A program made the translations under genes and the position numbers. From contig JAMWBK010000001.1 in the NCBI GenBank assembly GCA_029953675.1, positions 3,472,001 through 3,536,000 of the forward strand: a DNA stretch of 64,000 bases. The letters run 5' to 3'. The notes beneath the pieces are model-generated. The model did not search any database and was not told where the DNA came from. It saw only the letters and a program-made list of their open reading frames with translations. This document shows, piece by piece, positions 50,701 through 62,712 of this stretch. How positions within the stretch are numbered: the stretch's first letter is position 1; each line of letters opens with the position of its first letter. This DNA comes from Rhodosorus marinus CCMP1338 (taxonomy: Eukaryota > Plantae > Rhodophyta).

Positions 50701-51898
50701 AACAAACGTCGCGTCGTTGGCGAGGTCCTGGGCGGAGATGAAGGATTCCTTCGCGACGGAGGCCATCATTTCTGCCATGCCGTTCATAGAAGCTGCTGCT
50801 GGAGTTAGCTCGGATGTAAGTTGCTAGAGGATAGAACGAAAACACTCCCAACCCTCCGCCGGCGCTGCTGACATCGTGAAATCGTTGCACCGCTCCGCAA
50901 CCCAGGAGGCGATGATACTAGCGGAGTTGATTCAGCTCCAATCCGATGCCGAGGTTGCGATTTTCTGGTCACTGGCAAGGGATGATGCTCTCAGAAAACG
51001 TGCAGTGGCCGCCCTCCAAACCTATGAAACGGCGGTTTCGGACAAGTCGGGAGGGGACCTCCGTACCCTGTTGCAGTTCTGCAAGGTAAGGGAAAAACCG
51101 CGTTTTCACCTGGCCCAAACCACGAGGGCTCTGACGCCCGTTCCTTGGATGCAAATTCGCAGGACCTTGTGTACGAATGCCTGTTCCTGAACATCCAAAA
51201 GGCGCTGAATACTTTGCCCAAAGTGCGTGATTGGGGTTCGGAGACCAAATCTGAGCACGAAGGCGGAGCTGAAGTCCCCGAGTTTTCGATTACGCCGATG
51301 GCGTACGCGACTGAAGTGGGAGAACATCTTCTGAAGATACCGCAACAACTGGAACCGTATATACCTGATGATGAGGACGCCATCCTCGCATTTCCGTCTT
51401 CAACGTCAGGTACTTGTGATCCCCTTGGCCGTTTGTAATACAGAAGTGGAATGCGGAGTTTTTTCTGAACCCCTAATGTCGTCGTCTTCGATTCTCCCAG
51501 AAGCCGATCTTGAGATGAACTTTGCCAGAAGGTGGATTGGAGCGATCGCAAATGGAGCAATGGAACTCTATCTGGAGAGGATCTTGAGGCTCCCAAAACT
51601 ATCCTCTAGTGGGGCCAGCCAACTTGCGGTGGATTTAGGTAATAATCGAAAGGGACAACAGTGAGCACAACACGATGTAACTGACGAATGCCCTCTGTCC
51701 GGATCTTTTGCTGTGAAAGACTACGTGTGCAGCGTGCTCAATGCATTGGGAGTGAGCATCTTAACGACTGTCTTGGGTGTTCGAACTGTTCTTGAGGCCG
51801 AAGATATTGAAAGTGCTGTCCACAGCATCGAGGATCCTAACTCGAAGAGCAGGGCCGCTAGAGTCGCAGGGATTCGGGGAGTTCCAGTTAGGATCTGA
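47707..51898 (+). CDS. COG7: Conserved oligomeric Golgi complex subunit 7, about 11 exons
   Basis: FDVLTWVN, PEFSITPMAYATEVGEHLLKIPQQLEP, WIGAIANGAMELY, GASQLAVDLDYVCSVLNALG. All introns resolve as GT-AG. Confidence 0.88.
48380..49330. repeat. Higher-order minisatellite inside COG7 intron 2 (48302-49477)
   Basis: About 73-bp A units and about 65-bp B units share a CCAATGTTCC head. Order is roughly A A A B1 A B2 A B1 A B2 a B1 A. Confidence 0.95.
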
Positions 51899-52229
51899 TG
51901 CTGAAACCTCTTGGAGACGGGGCCTAGGGCAGCCGTGTGTATAGTGAATGGGTTGGTCGAGCTGGATTGCGGCCTAGTCGCGTGCTGGCTTAGAAGCCGG
52001 GGCTTGGGCTTGCCTGAGCTTTCTTGAGCTTTCTTTGATGTTTTTCTTGACAATGCTTCAAACGGCAAGCTTTCTGGTTTTCTAAAGCGAAATGAATGAT
52101 TTAATTTAGATGTGAGCTACTGGGGATTTTTTTTTTCCCTCGGGTAGCACCTGTTACTTTGCAGAGTTAGAAAACTGTGGTATACATCACAACGTTGCAA
52201 GCCAGAGCTACAACCTTGCAGCAAAAAAT

Positions 52230-52838
52230 TCATACTTCGACAGATTTCAGAATGGTGTCCTCGTCCTCTGGAAATTTGGGGATTGTCGATATGTAGATCC
52301 CAGGTATCAAGACGACGAACGCGAGAACCAACACTCTGAACGATGGTGACATTGACTCCAGAGCAGGGGCAAAAAGGGTGATCCCAAACAATGCCCCCAC
52401 AAGGTACGTTACCAACGAAATTGTCATAGAGGCCCAGGAGTGCTCAATCATCCATAGCAAAAGCATCGTCATGAATATCACATACAGTGCCCCAGACGCC
52501 ATGTTCAAAAGAGTCACCCCCACAACCTCCATCTTACATCCATCATCAGTGAGGGTTAAAATCAACGTGCCCGCAGTCAACGCCACGAAACACAAAATCG
52601 AAATCGCCCGAAGCCTCTTGTGCAAGAACGAGGTCGCCATCCACCCCGTCAACACGCCGACGGCCGTCGATCCCCCTTTCAAATGCATCGGGAGCACACA
52701 GCTCGCCGATACAGCCACCGGTACCGAGCAAAGGAACATGGCAATCACAGCACACACCCCAACCTCCACCTCGACATTCCCATCGCCCCTCTTACCCTTC
52801 ACCCCATCCTCCATCATCTCAATACTCACCTTCCCCAT
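52230..52838 (-). CDS. Hypothetical multi-pass membrane protein (about 5-6 TM), single exon
   Basis: 202-aa ORF from ATG 52838 with successive hydrophobic segments. Typical G-rich 5' flank on the minus strand. Confidence 0.75.
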   Translation of the reverse strand: MGKVSIEMMEDGVKGKRGDGNVEVEVGVCAVIAMFLCSVPVAVSASCVLPMHLKGGSTAVGVLTGWMATSFLHKRLRAISILCFVALTAGTLILTLTDDGCKMEVVGVTLLNMASGALYVIFMTMLLLWMIEHSWASMTISLVTYLVGALFGITLFAPALESMSPSFRVLVLAFVVLIPGIYISTIPKFPEDEDTILKSVEV

Positions 52839-54860
52839 CTCTCCTCCCCCCCTCCCCTTCCCCACAAAACAACAACACCCAACCAAAAACAAACCAACTC
52901 TACATCAACATTAGCCCCCTCATACTACTCATCTCTTTCCAATCCCTCCTCTTCCCTCCCCCCCTCAACACTCCCTCCCTCCATCCAGCACCTACTCATC
53001 ATCCCCAAACTTTTCACTTAATATGCTCTCCAAACCCCTTTCGAGTCTGCACCCGTCATGACAGAAAACGCCAACCTACATCCCATCATGACAGAAAACG
53101 GCCAAACACAACAAAATTTCACCGTAGCCAACGAAAAACTTACAAAAGTCGACCCCCAAATCGAAAAGTTTCTTTTAAAAAAAGACAGATCCGAAAAACT
53201 GCGATACAAACTATTTTCCCCGCATTAAAAACTACTTAAAAACAAGTTCCATCCCATTCCGCCCTATTGTCGGAAACGTCAAACCATATACTATGAAATC
53301 ATTAAAAAAGGACATGCCTAAAAAAATCCACCACAAAAAATGAAAAAGTAGTTTTCATTTGTTTTTAATTAAAAACGAAATTTTGCAAGGGGCGGGAAAG
53401 GAGAGGATAATTTATAGTATAAAACAGTATTGTAAAAAAGAGGACACCGTTGGGGTTGTTGTTTTTGTGAAATTATTTTGTGTTCTGAAGGGTTTGGGTG
53501 TTTTATAAAAATATTTTTGGAGTAGGGTAAATTTTTAGCGAATAGGAGTACTCCGCGTAATCTAAACCGATGACAGGAGACGTCAAGATAATTTTTTTTC
53601 TCGGAAAATTGGTTGGGTCTGGTGGTTGTTGTTTTTTCTTCTCTTTTTTAAAGTTGTTGGGAATCCGTGCAAAAAAAAGTATTCTGTTTTCTTTTCCTTT
53701 TTTTTTTTTTTCTTGTTTAGCTTAGCAACAACCGGTTTTTCGTTGTGGTAGATACCAAACAAGAAACATTCAATGTTTGCACCCCCCCGGTTTGCCATGT
53801 TCGTACACCCTTAAAATATGCTCTGAAATATTCATATTTATACTTTTGATTTATTTAGGGCCGTCGGAAGAAGGGGGGGTTAAGAGAAGAGCGAATTTCT
53901 ATGGCGCTATGGGGGGTTCCGGTGCAAATGAGCAAATATTTGGAACGGAAGGAGGAGGGAGGGGGGGGGGAAGGATAAGTATTACAGGGCAGAAACTAGC
54001 TCTATATTTACTAAAAACAATTCTTATAGAAATAAAAAGCCCGTCATAGAGACGGGGTAGAGTTTTACGTAATGGCAGGATATCGATTTTTGATGTTGTT
54101 TTTGGAGAGTGTCATGTTTCGTCACATTTAAATACGTTGCAACAAGGGTTTGAGCTGTAATCTAGGTAGATATTTCTAATTTGGAGAAATCTATTTGTAA
54201 ATTTAGCTCATACCCAATTTCATAGAAGGTTTTACTTAGCTTCGCGTTCGATAGCGAGGTGTAGAAAATCATTTTTATGGTTCCCCTCCATTTACCGTTC
54301 AAAACAGGTCAGGACACGCGAGGACTCAGTAGGAACTGCTAGATGCTCGCGGTACCTGGCGGTCGATAGGAAGGATCTTCATCCTCGCATGGGAGATATT
54401 AGAGGATGAGGAGGAATCGGGATGTTGAGGTTGATATTGAGGGGAACTCTACAGCAGGAGCTGAAAGAAAAAAAATCGCGAGGGGGAATAAAAAGACTGT
54501 GCACGGCGAAGATCGGGAACCACCAACATCAAAGCAGTGTTCATACGCCACAGCAAGAAGCTTAGAAACGGGTAAACAACGAGGACCGGTCAGACGGTCA
54601 GGGCGTTCGCGGAACAATTTCCGAAGCCAACGAGAACCAACGGAATCCATAAACCCAAAGCACTCAATGACCGGCCGATGAGCTAGAGCGTAAACACGAT
54701 GCCTGGGGAAGACAAACCCCTCCCATATTTCAACTCCTTGCAACGTCTCATGCTGGCAAGCTGCAAATCCACAGCGCTCTCCCGAAAAGGTGTTACGTTA
54801 GGGGTTACGTACCGCAGAAGCTAAGGTCCGGGAGAGTGAGTTCAAGGAACTCATCCTCAT

Positions 54861-56163
54861 CCGTTGATTCAGAGCCTAACTACCCTGACAAGCGAGAAAC
54901 AGGACACTGATGACGGGCGCGCCCAACAGTAAAGCAGCGTTTGAACGCAAGAGAGTCAATGGCAGCTCCGTGAGGAGCCTATCAAGACGCCCTGGGGTCG
55001 CTACGAAAGAAAGCACGAAGCCAACTCGCGCTCCGTATCAGCGGCGGACTGTCCACCAGATCTCTGGCAATGGCCGACTCCTGATCCGAGGAACATGAGT
55101 TGCTATATTTACCCTGGTGGCATCTCCCCCATATCATGTCAACATCAACATCCGGATTGCTTCCGAAGCGGTCCTCCTATGCTGCTGTGTTGTATCGGCG
55201 TGAGGCAGATTAGCATGTCCTGCTCGTTGGGCAGAGCTACTCAGGAACTGGTGGAGTACGCCAAACAGAATACCGATGATGCTCCTGTGGGAGGTGAGAA
55301 GTGATCCTCCCTATGACCCGCTCAGCTGCGAGTGCCCTGGAACTCGGCAGATCCAAAGGACGCATAGGTTCTACCTGCTACCTCCTTCCAGGCTTGTTCA
55401 GTACCTCCACCGTCACAACCTTGTTAGAGGTCGTCTGCTTCTCACACTGAAGCCCTGTCTCTTCTCCAGCGCCCTCCTCACGAGCTACTGGATTGATAGT
55501 CTGTCATTGGTCGAGAGAGGATTGCACGTAGCCCCCCTAGGCGGAGTCCGAAGTAGAAGATACCTTACCAGGTTGCGGCAGGCATTAAGACCATGGATAA
55601 CAATTGCTTTGCCCTTATTTCTCCGAGAACCGATGCCCTCTCGCCTACTGATCACTGCCATTGATGAGCTTCGAAAATTTTCAACGTACATTCGATTTTC
55701 GATCTTCGGAGGCTTTCTAGTCCTACGAGTCTGGTATGACCACGCAAAGAACACCCGAGGGGCCTGCGTTCAAACCCGAGTAATAGGGAGACCAGCGATT
55801 GAGCTGTTGAGGGCCCACCAAATCCTACAAGTCGAATCCGTTAACCCGAATATCTCCAGGGACAATTCCTATCTCTTCAAAAAAACTCTGACGGACTATA
55901 ACTATACAATCTTGGGACGCGGCCCCACAGACAGGTGCAGTATTAGGAGCCAGGCCCTTGGTGGACAAAAAAGCCGAGAAATAACGATAGGACGGTCTCG
56001 AAAGCACTCAGCATCGACGCAACTGCCATCGCTGTCCAAAGACCAAGTGATACAGAGCGATGGTTCAGGTGGTGATAGTATACTGTTGAGGTACCGACGA
56101 CTCTCGCAGGGCCAAGCCAGCCGTGACGGTAGGCTAAAAGAAGAAGAAAAAAGCCCTAGATAG
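54861..56163 (+). mobile_element. Decayed coding element (KAAFER family), tentatively TnpB/Fanzor2-like, continuous with the 295-codon ORF 55276-56163
   Basis: One frame from 54910 to 56163 has only two internal TGA (55096, 55201). Motifs LSRRPG, HQIS, VAIFTL, ARWAELLR/LVEYAK and DPPY..CECPG. Homologous to 37541-37706. Confidence 0.4.
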
Positions 56164-56755
56164 TCTAGGTCATCTGGGGCTTTGATCAGTCACAAATCCA
56201 CCTTCTCGCTCGTTCAAGTCTGGCATCTTTCAGACTACCATCACGGCTACCAGGATTCTGGTAAGGTGAGTCTTCTTCACCATTGAGCTTCAAGCTCATG
56301 GACACATCCCAGCGCACAAGTTGGGATGGATTGGCTAGGGAAGACTGGCTTGGTTGGCAGGGCAGGCGAGCTGAATGAGCAGAAGATTGGAGTTATTGAC
56401 CAACGCAGAAGGAAAATCTTCCTTGTAGCCGTGACGGTAGTCTGAAAAGCCCTAGATAAGCTAGATTATCTGGGGCTTTCTTCAGACACAAATCTACATT
56501 CTGGCTCGTTCAAGTCTGGCTATCTTTCAGACTACCGTCACGACTACCAGGATTCTGGCAAGGTGAGTCTTCTTCACCATTGAGCTTCAAGCCGGTACAA
56601 ACACCTGCTATGCAGCCCCGCTGTTAATTCTCCATCACCTTTTGTCCGTGATAGACACCAAGCAGGCTACATGTTGAGGGGTCAGATAGGGAAGACTGGC
56701 TAGGTGGGCGGGAGAGTTGAATGACCAGAAGGATTGGAGCTATTGACCGATGAAG
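56119..56755. repeat. Two about 307-bp tandem units, each starting with an about 120-130 bp foldback
   Basis: Units start at 56119 and 56426. In unit 2, arm GTAGCCGTGACGGTAGTCTGAAA (56425-56447) pairs with 56525-56547 with 1 mismatch. Nested hairpin AAAGCCCTAGATA/TATCTGGGGCTTT. Confidence 0.9.
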
Positions 56756-56954
56756 CAAGAAACTCGAGATCTTGTATTGTAGGAATACTGCCGCTGGGTT
56801 TTGGTACCTTTTTGTGACTGTTGAGCACCGCTTCCACGCTCTTGGGAGCATTGTGTTTAGATCCCCTAGAAGTTGAGGAGAGAGGCTGAAGTAGAGGTAG
56901 GAGATCGGTTGGCGCTGTTTTTCCCTGGACTAGTGGGAGTTTTTGTAAGACGGA

Positions 56955-57295
56955 ATGGGAAAGGATTGTTCTTTAGTACTTCAGGACGTGGTGCAATGTT
57001 TATCTGACTCGGACTGTGTTAAGAACCATCCGAATAGAAAGACTGCGTTGAAAGATTGTGCCGGGTCCAGAAAGGGCGATGTGCCAAGCAGATGCTTTGA
57101 GATGATGGATCTCTACAATCAGTGCTGGACCACGAATGTATGACAATGCTGTTGTTCCGAACCCTTTAAAATTAGCTGTTTCTGACCTGATTGTACGCTT
57201 TTCTTCCCCTGAAGGTTGACCCTCGGAGAAGGATCAGAGGGCCGCCAAACTTTGACGCCTCACTGTCGTCGGGTGTGAGGACTGAGGACGATTGA
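56955..57295 (+). CDS. COA5: Cytochrome c oxidase assembly factor 5 (PET191 family); exons 56955-57137 and 57215-57295
   Basis: Cys pattern C..C LSDSDC..C..C..C, then VDPRRRIRG after a phase-0 GTATGA..AG intron. Confidence 0.88.
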
Positions 57296-57459
57296 AGTTT
57301 TCCTCCTGGTCTTGATTATGTCACAGTCCCATGTACAGCTCAAAATTGATGAAAGCGGGACGTGCGATGGTTTGCTAACCGCACGCTAAGTGTTGATTAT
57401 AGTATACGTTTGTTCGATAAAAAAACAATGCAAAGTAAGGGCCGGGGGCTGGTAAAAGG

Positions 57460-58007
57460 CTACTTGGGTTGAATGACGTTCCGCTGTTTGGCCTGGGCTG
57501 CTGCCTCATTCTCGGCAATGTCGTCCAAGCCCTTCTGCAAGTCCTTTATGGTGTTATCCACGACCTTGCTCATCGGCTCCGGGATATCTTGCTGGCCTCC
57601 GAAGTTAACGATCTCGTAAGCTGGGATTTTGTGGTCGGCGATCGACTCGGCTTTCCTGTTGACGGTCAGGATTTTACGGGTGTTATCAGTTACTCAGTCC
57701 ACATTGAACTCATGAACAACGTGAGACAAAACAATTACGGTTCCACCTACTTGTCGATGCCAACATTGATTTCGTGAATCTGCTGATCGATCCACCTTCC
57801 GAACTCCTTAGCATGGCTCTCACTTGCATGGGTCGAGACCGCCTGGTCGCTCGACTCCTTGTGATGCGTGGACATTTGCTCCTGAGTCTGCTTCAGCTTG
57901 TTAACCAGGCCCACCCTCGCATCATTCAGATAGTTCGCGACGGGGAAAGGATAGCTGATCTTCTCATCCTTACTCGTAGTAGTAACCTTGTTAGTAGTAG
58001 CCGCCAT
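57460..58007 (-). CDS. Hypothetical hydrophilic, helical protein (about 150 aa), 2 exons
   Basis: ATG at 58007, phase-2 intron from about 57750 to about 57660, stop at 57460. G/T-rich 5' flank on the minus strand. Confidence 0.75.
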
Positions 58008-61000
58008 TACGCAAAGAAAGCGCAAAAACCAAAAAATTACACACTTCAGAAGACCAAAAAAACCACCAGCACAGAATCCCACAGCAAAACACCACACCAG
58101 CCCTCCTCCTCCTCCCCCAACCCAAACCTCGCCCCCAGTTCCCTCTTCAGATTTCCCTAACAAACAAATCACATTTTACCAGTGGCACCGTGAGAAAACT
58201 CTTCCAATCTCCCCAACCGGTAGGGTCGGGAGAGCAGCGAGGAAGAGGGTGTGGGGGACGGCGGGGAGGGTGCGAACAATCATTCACGCGACAAAATTTC
58301 GCAAGGTTATAGAAACCTTGTGAATATGTTCAGAAGAAACTTGTTCTCCCGCGATTAAGAATCCTCCCCCCCCCCCTCCCGCTAGTAGTCCACAGACGCT
58401 TGCTCCAACTGACATCGATCGTGCATTCCCCCCGAAAATTGTCACATTTTTTTCTCCTGACATACCCACCGTACAGCAATTTAGTAGTACCAATCGTATA
58501 TTAGTACAAGGACCGAAGATCTTTTCTTAGGCATAGGATGTTTGTACACGGTACGAATAAACGTAGATTTGTTTTTTTTTTTGGGGGGGGGGTAGGAAGG
58601 TGACAATCATCAGGAGTCTATGGTATGATCAAATATTTGCAGAAAAATATGATTGTGCGGTCTACTTGTAATGGTTTGAAATTTGGTTGATGTGCTTATT
58701 GAAGGAATCATGGTGGGCAACGACCCCCCCGTATTCCGCGGAGCCATGTAGTGAATATTTTATTATTTAATGTAAATGGAGATGAGATTGTGTTTCCTTA
58801 CCCCCCTTCAAAGTAAATGTGTTCCACTGTAAAATATTATTGTCTTATAGATATTTTTAGATTGATGGATTTCAACTTGGTCTAAAAATAATATCTATTT
58901 GATAAATCGACGACAAGTTTCTCGGGCTGAGAAATCGGCGGTCGGATGCTGAATTTGTTTTCATCCAGAAAAGGGGGGTAGAGAAATAGACCAATAATTC
59001 CCGCGTATTACTGCAAAAAAATAACTTTATACGAAATTACGGACTTCAATCTTGTCTGCAATACCCCCCTAGTTTCCAGCACCATCTCCTTCCAGGCACG
59101 TATCGGCAGTACTGTAAACATATCTTCTTGTTATATATTTTAAGCTGATATACACTTTGACGAATTGTCATTGGATAAACCATGGACGGAGGTAAACTCT
59201 TCTTTTTTCCTTCATATTTTGAAAGAGAATCTTTTGAACCCCCAATAAAACTTTTCATATTCATTAACTGCGGAGATTCCGGATGACAACTCGGATCCTT
59301 GTAATGATTGACTTGATTGATTGACTTTTCACTGCTCAAAATGCCAATAGGCTTGAGGACGTGGGAGGTCGGGATGTTTGCTTGCGGGGGTCTGGGACTT
59401 CGTTGGTAGAACCAAAACCACTGAGGTGTACTGGAATGTGTTTTCCCCAGTATAATAGCAACCGTAGTTGTGTCGGATCGGGTTTCAGTGAAATCCTCTG
59501 GCTCTGCTCCGTGTAGAGCTGGGTTTGCTCGTGGCGCGGGGATTGATCCTCCCCATTGGTTTCTCCCCGCATCGGTATCTTTTTTTTTGTTTTTTTTTCT
59601 CAGGGAGCCGCTGCTAGAGCGACAGGCCGATCAGTATCGGATCCTTTGTGGTAGAAGCTCTAGACGGGAAATCTTCGCTAACGTCCAGAAGAGCTGCGCC
59701 ATTTGCGCCTGCAAATACTGTCCCCATTATTGCACCGTTTGCAGTTGAAACCATTGCAGGGTGATTATTGAGGATTCCTAAGGATTCCTGCGGGGCATAT
59801 AGCGTGAATGTTTAGAGCGCATTAGATACCGCTTGTTGAGCTTCTGTCAGATCGGCGATATAATAACCATTCTGCTTTGGCGGACGGGTATAATTCTAGT
59901 CTCAGTTGCCCCGTCTCTTATAGAAGACCTTTCGTGCACACTGTCGCTGGCTAGAATATTGACGTCGTTCATAGGCACAGGCTGAAGTGAACCTGCCCCC
60001 ACTGACAGTCTTGCCCGAGGTTGGTATGATCAGACCCGCCTCTTCAGCAGTTCAAACTTTCGTTACGGTGCTTGGGGTCCAGACGTGAGTAAAATGCGAA
60101 AATCTACGGAGCTCTGACGTAATTCATCAATACGGGAATGCTTTTTAACACGGCGAACTTAGCGTGTTAGAGGTGCATCCGTGCTTGTGACTCTTAGGTA
60201 TGGCCCCCACCTTGCACCATTCAATACAATCCCGGCGGAATTAGACTGGACGAAAGCTCAAGATCAAAGTGTCCTTCAATCCCTGAAAGGTCATCAGAAG
60301 CGTCCGGTAGAAGTACAGTCAAGGGGCACTGTACGTCAATCGATCTACAGACGGTTTTTTTCTCTGCTCACCGCGGAAAACTGAGATGAGCTCCAGGCCA
60401 ACAGAACCAATGAAATTCCATTCAGTAGAAGGGACCCTCCCGCTACAGAAACTCTGAGGACAGTCTAGTCCGAAGGATCCTACGGCGTTCCCAATATGAG
60501 TCTAATCGTATGCTCAACTATAACACTTCAAGCGACCCTCCCGTCGAGCTTGTACGCTGACTTTGCCTCCAAACTAACACGAAAGGTTGAAACATAGTAG
60601 TATTTGCTTGGCCAAGGTAGTGCCAGCATGGCCAAGTAATTGTAATGATAATTCTATTGATTGATGCTCGCGAAGAAGAGGGACGCAAGGGCCCTTTAGA
60701 CCACTGGTGTTCGTCCTGGACTACATTGTTCCCGACAAAACTCTTTATGGCGAAATAGAGGCACTAGTTGCTGGTAAAAGTGAAAGTTCGTCGGGCGATA
60801 CCGGAACAGTTGGACACTCAGCCATGTCGGACGTTGTCTGCCAGGTGCGTTATCAAGGAGTGATTGCCGCCGGTTGAAACTGTCTCGGACCAAGCTCCAC
60901 AACGGCGGCTCCTTTTCTCGTCCTGCTCCCCTACCCCCCCGGCGGCGAGCGACAAATGCGATACACGGGGAAGCTTGCCTCGCTTTGAGATGCTCATGAG

Positions 61001-62248
61001 CGCAGTAGTAATAGAGCGCTTCACGACGCACTGAGCAGATCAGGGACTTAACCCAAATAAGTTTTCCATGTAGTCCACGCTGGGGCATCATCTTCAACAC
61101 ATTATGGGACATATTGTAGCTTTTCAATTATCACTGTCAGCTGCTTACTTCCTTAACTCGCCTGCCGGTCCCTACTCAACCACCTGCACGCCTCAGGCCC
61201 CACAGTCCCTGCTCCATAAGCATTATCAACTTTTTTGCTAGTTTACAAGAAACGAGCCATATATTTTCAAGAAAGGATACAAAAACATTCATCTTTTAGT
61301 TACAAAAATACAGCGGCAAATATTTATACTAAACAACAAAACACCAAACTAAAACAAATATTTTTGTAATTACATTTACAATACAAACAAGTAAAAGAAG
61401 GGGAGGGAGGGAGGGAGGGAGGGGGGGCGGTAAAAAACCGTAAACATGGTCTGATTCAGCTTTAAATTTCAAAAAACACAAGAATGTTGCTCCGCATTAT
61501 TCAAAACTGCCCTCCTCCCTACGTTACAAAAACGAGAAATTGAATGTCTTCTCAATCAATAAAATTTAATGACTGAATATTCAGTCATTAACCTTCCTTG
61601 CTTAGACACGTTGGTCATCGATTTCCCTGTTTTTCCAATCTGGATATGAGATTTTTTTCAATTTTGTTTGGTTTATATATTTCGAGGAATCCAGCACAAT
61701 CCATCGGTGACCTTGGTCATAAATTGTCTGATAAAGATATCGGACGCAACCGAAAAAAGGGGCAAATGATATAAAATAAGACGAATCAAATAATAGTCCA
61801 TTCCCATAGAAACATTTTAAAAGCTGTCGTATTAGACAACACCTTAACAAAGCCTTTTCAATCACATATACGGCAAAATTTATTTGTTTATTTTATAGTA
61901 CAACTACGAACAAACGCACTAATGATTTTTATCGGACTAAATATGACAAACCGAAATTCGCAGTCCGTTTTGGCTGGGTGTTTTGTGCAGATTTTCTCTC
62001 TCTCCGCGAGAAATGAGAGAAATGAATTTTGAAAGATTTTTTGATGGGTCGTCGGTGGATGAATGGAGGAGCGAAAAACTTAATTTCTCGCCTTTCGAAA
62101 TGGTTTTTGGGACTTCAGGCGGGCAAGAAGGGGATAGATCGGAGAAGGGAATAGATCGGGAATTTTGGACTGGTTACTTCAGGCTGGAAGGAGATCCTCC
62201 GCTGCCAACTTTCTCCTTCCCCCCCCTCAGCCAATGTTTGGGATGTTT

Positions 62249-62252
<4 letters not shown>

Positions 62253-62300
<48 letters not shown>
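62253..62300. repeat. (TC)24 microsatellite upstream of the DOMON-Hint gene
   Basis: Perfect dinucleotide run read directly from the sequence. Confidence 0.97.
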
Positions 62301-62303
<3 letters not shown>

Positions 62304-62712
62304 TTGTATCTCTTTTTTCATAACCGAAGATATATATTGTCCCAGCCTGTCCCAGTTGATGTTGAGAAGCTCGGGACAATGCGTAAGTGATCGAGAGAGA
62401 AGAGATGATCTCTCCGTCTTGTTTCTGTTCCTTTCTGTGTTAGCTTTACAGGTTGTTCACATGTAGAGATGGCTTTGGTCCCATCCTCAGGGACACAGAG
62501 GATGACTAGTGTTCAAAAAGCAGTCTTTGCGGCAGATTTCAACTACCGCCTGGGGAATAATAATTTGAATATATAGACGCAGAGCAGGTCGTCGTGCCAT
62601 TGCGGGCGGGTAGGGGGGGATTTGAAGGGGAGGAGGAAGTCCAGAGGGGGTTGAGGTTCAGAATTTTGTTTTTTGGTATTTGTTGGCTGAGCTGTTGTGT
62701 GAGTTAGCAGTC

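Noticed and set aside
57121-57143. COA5 seemingly truncated at WTTNV
   Set aside because: GTATGA is a splice donor, and exon 2 supplies VDPRRRIRG.
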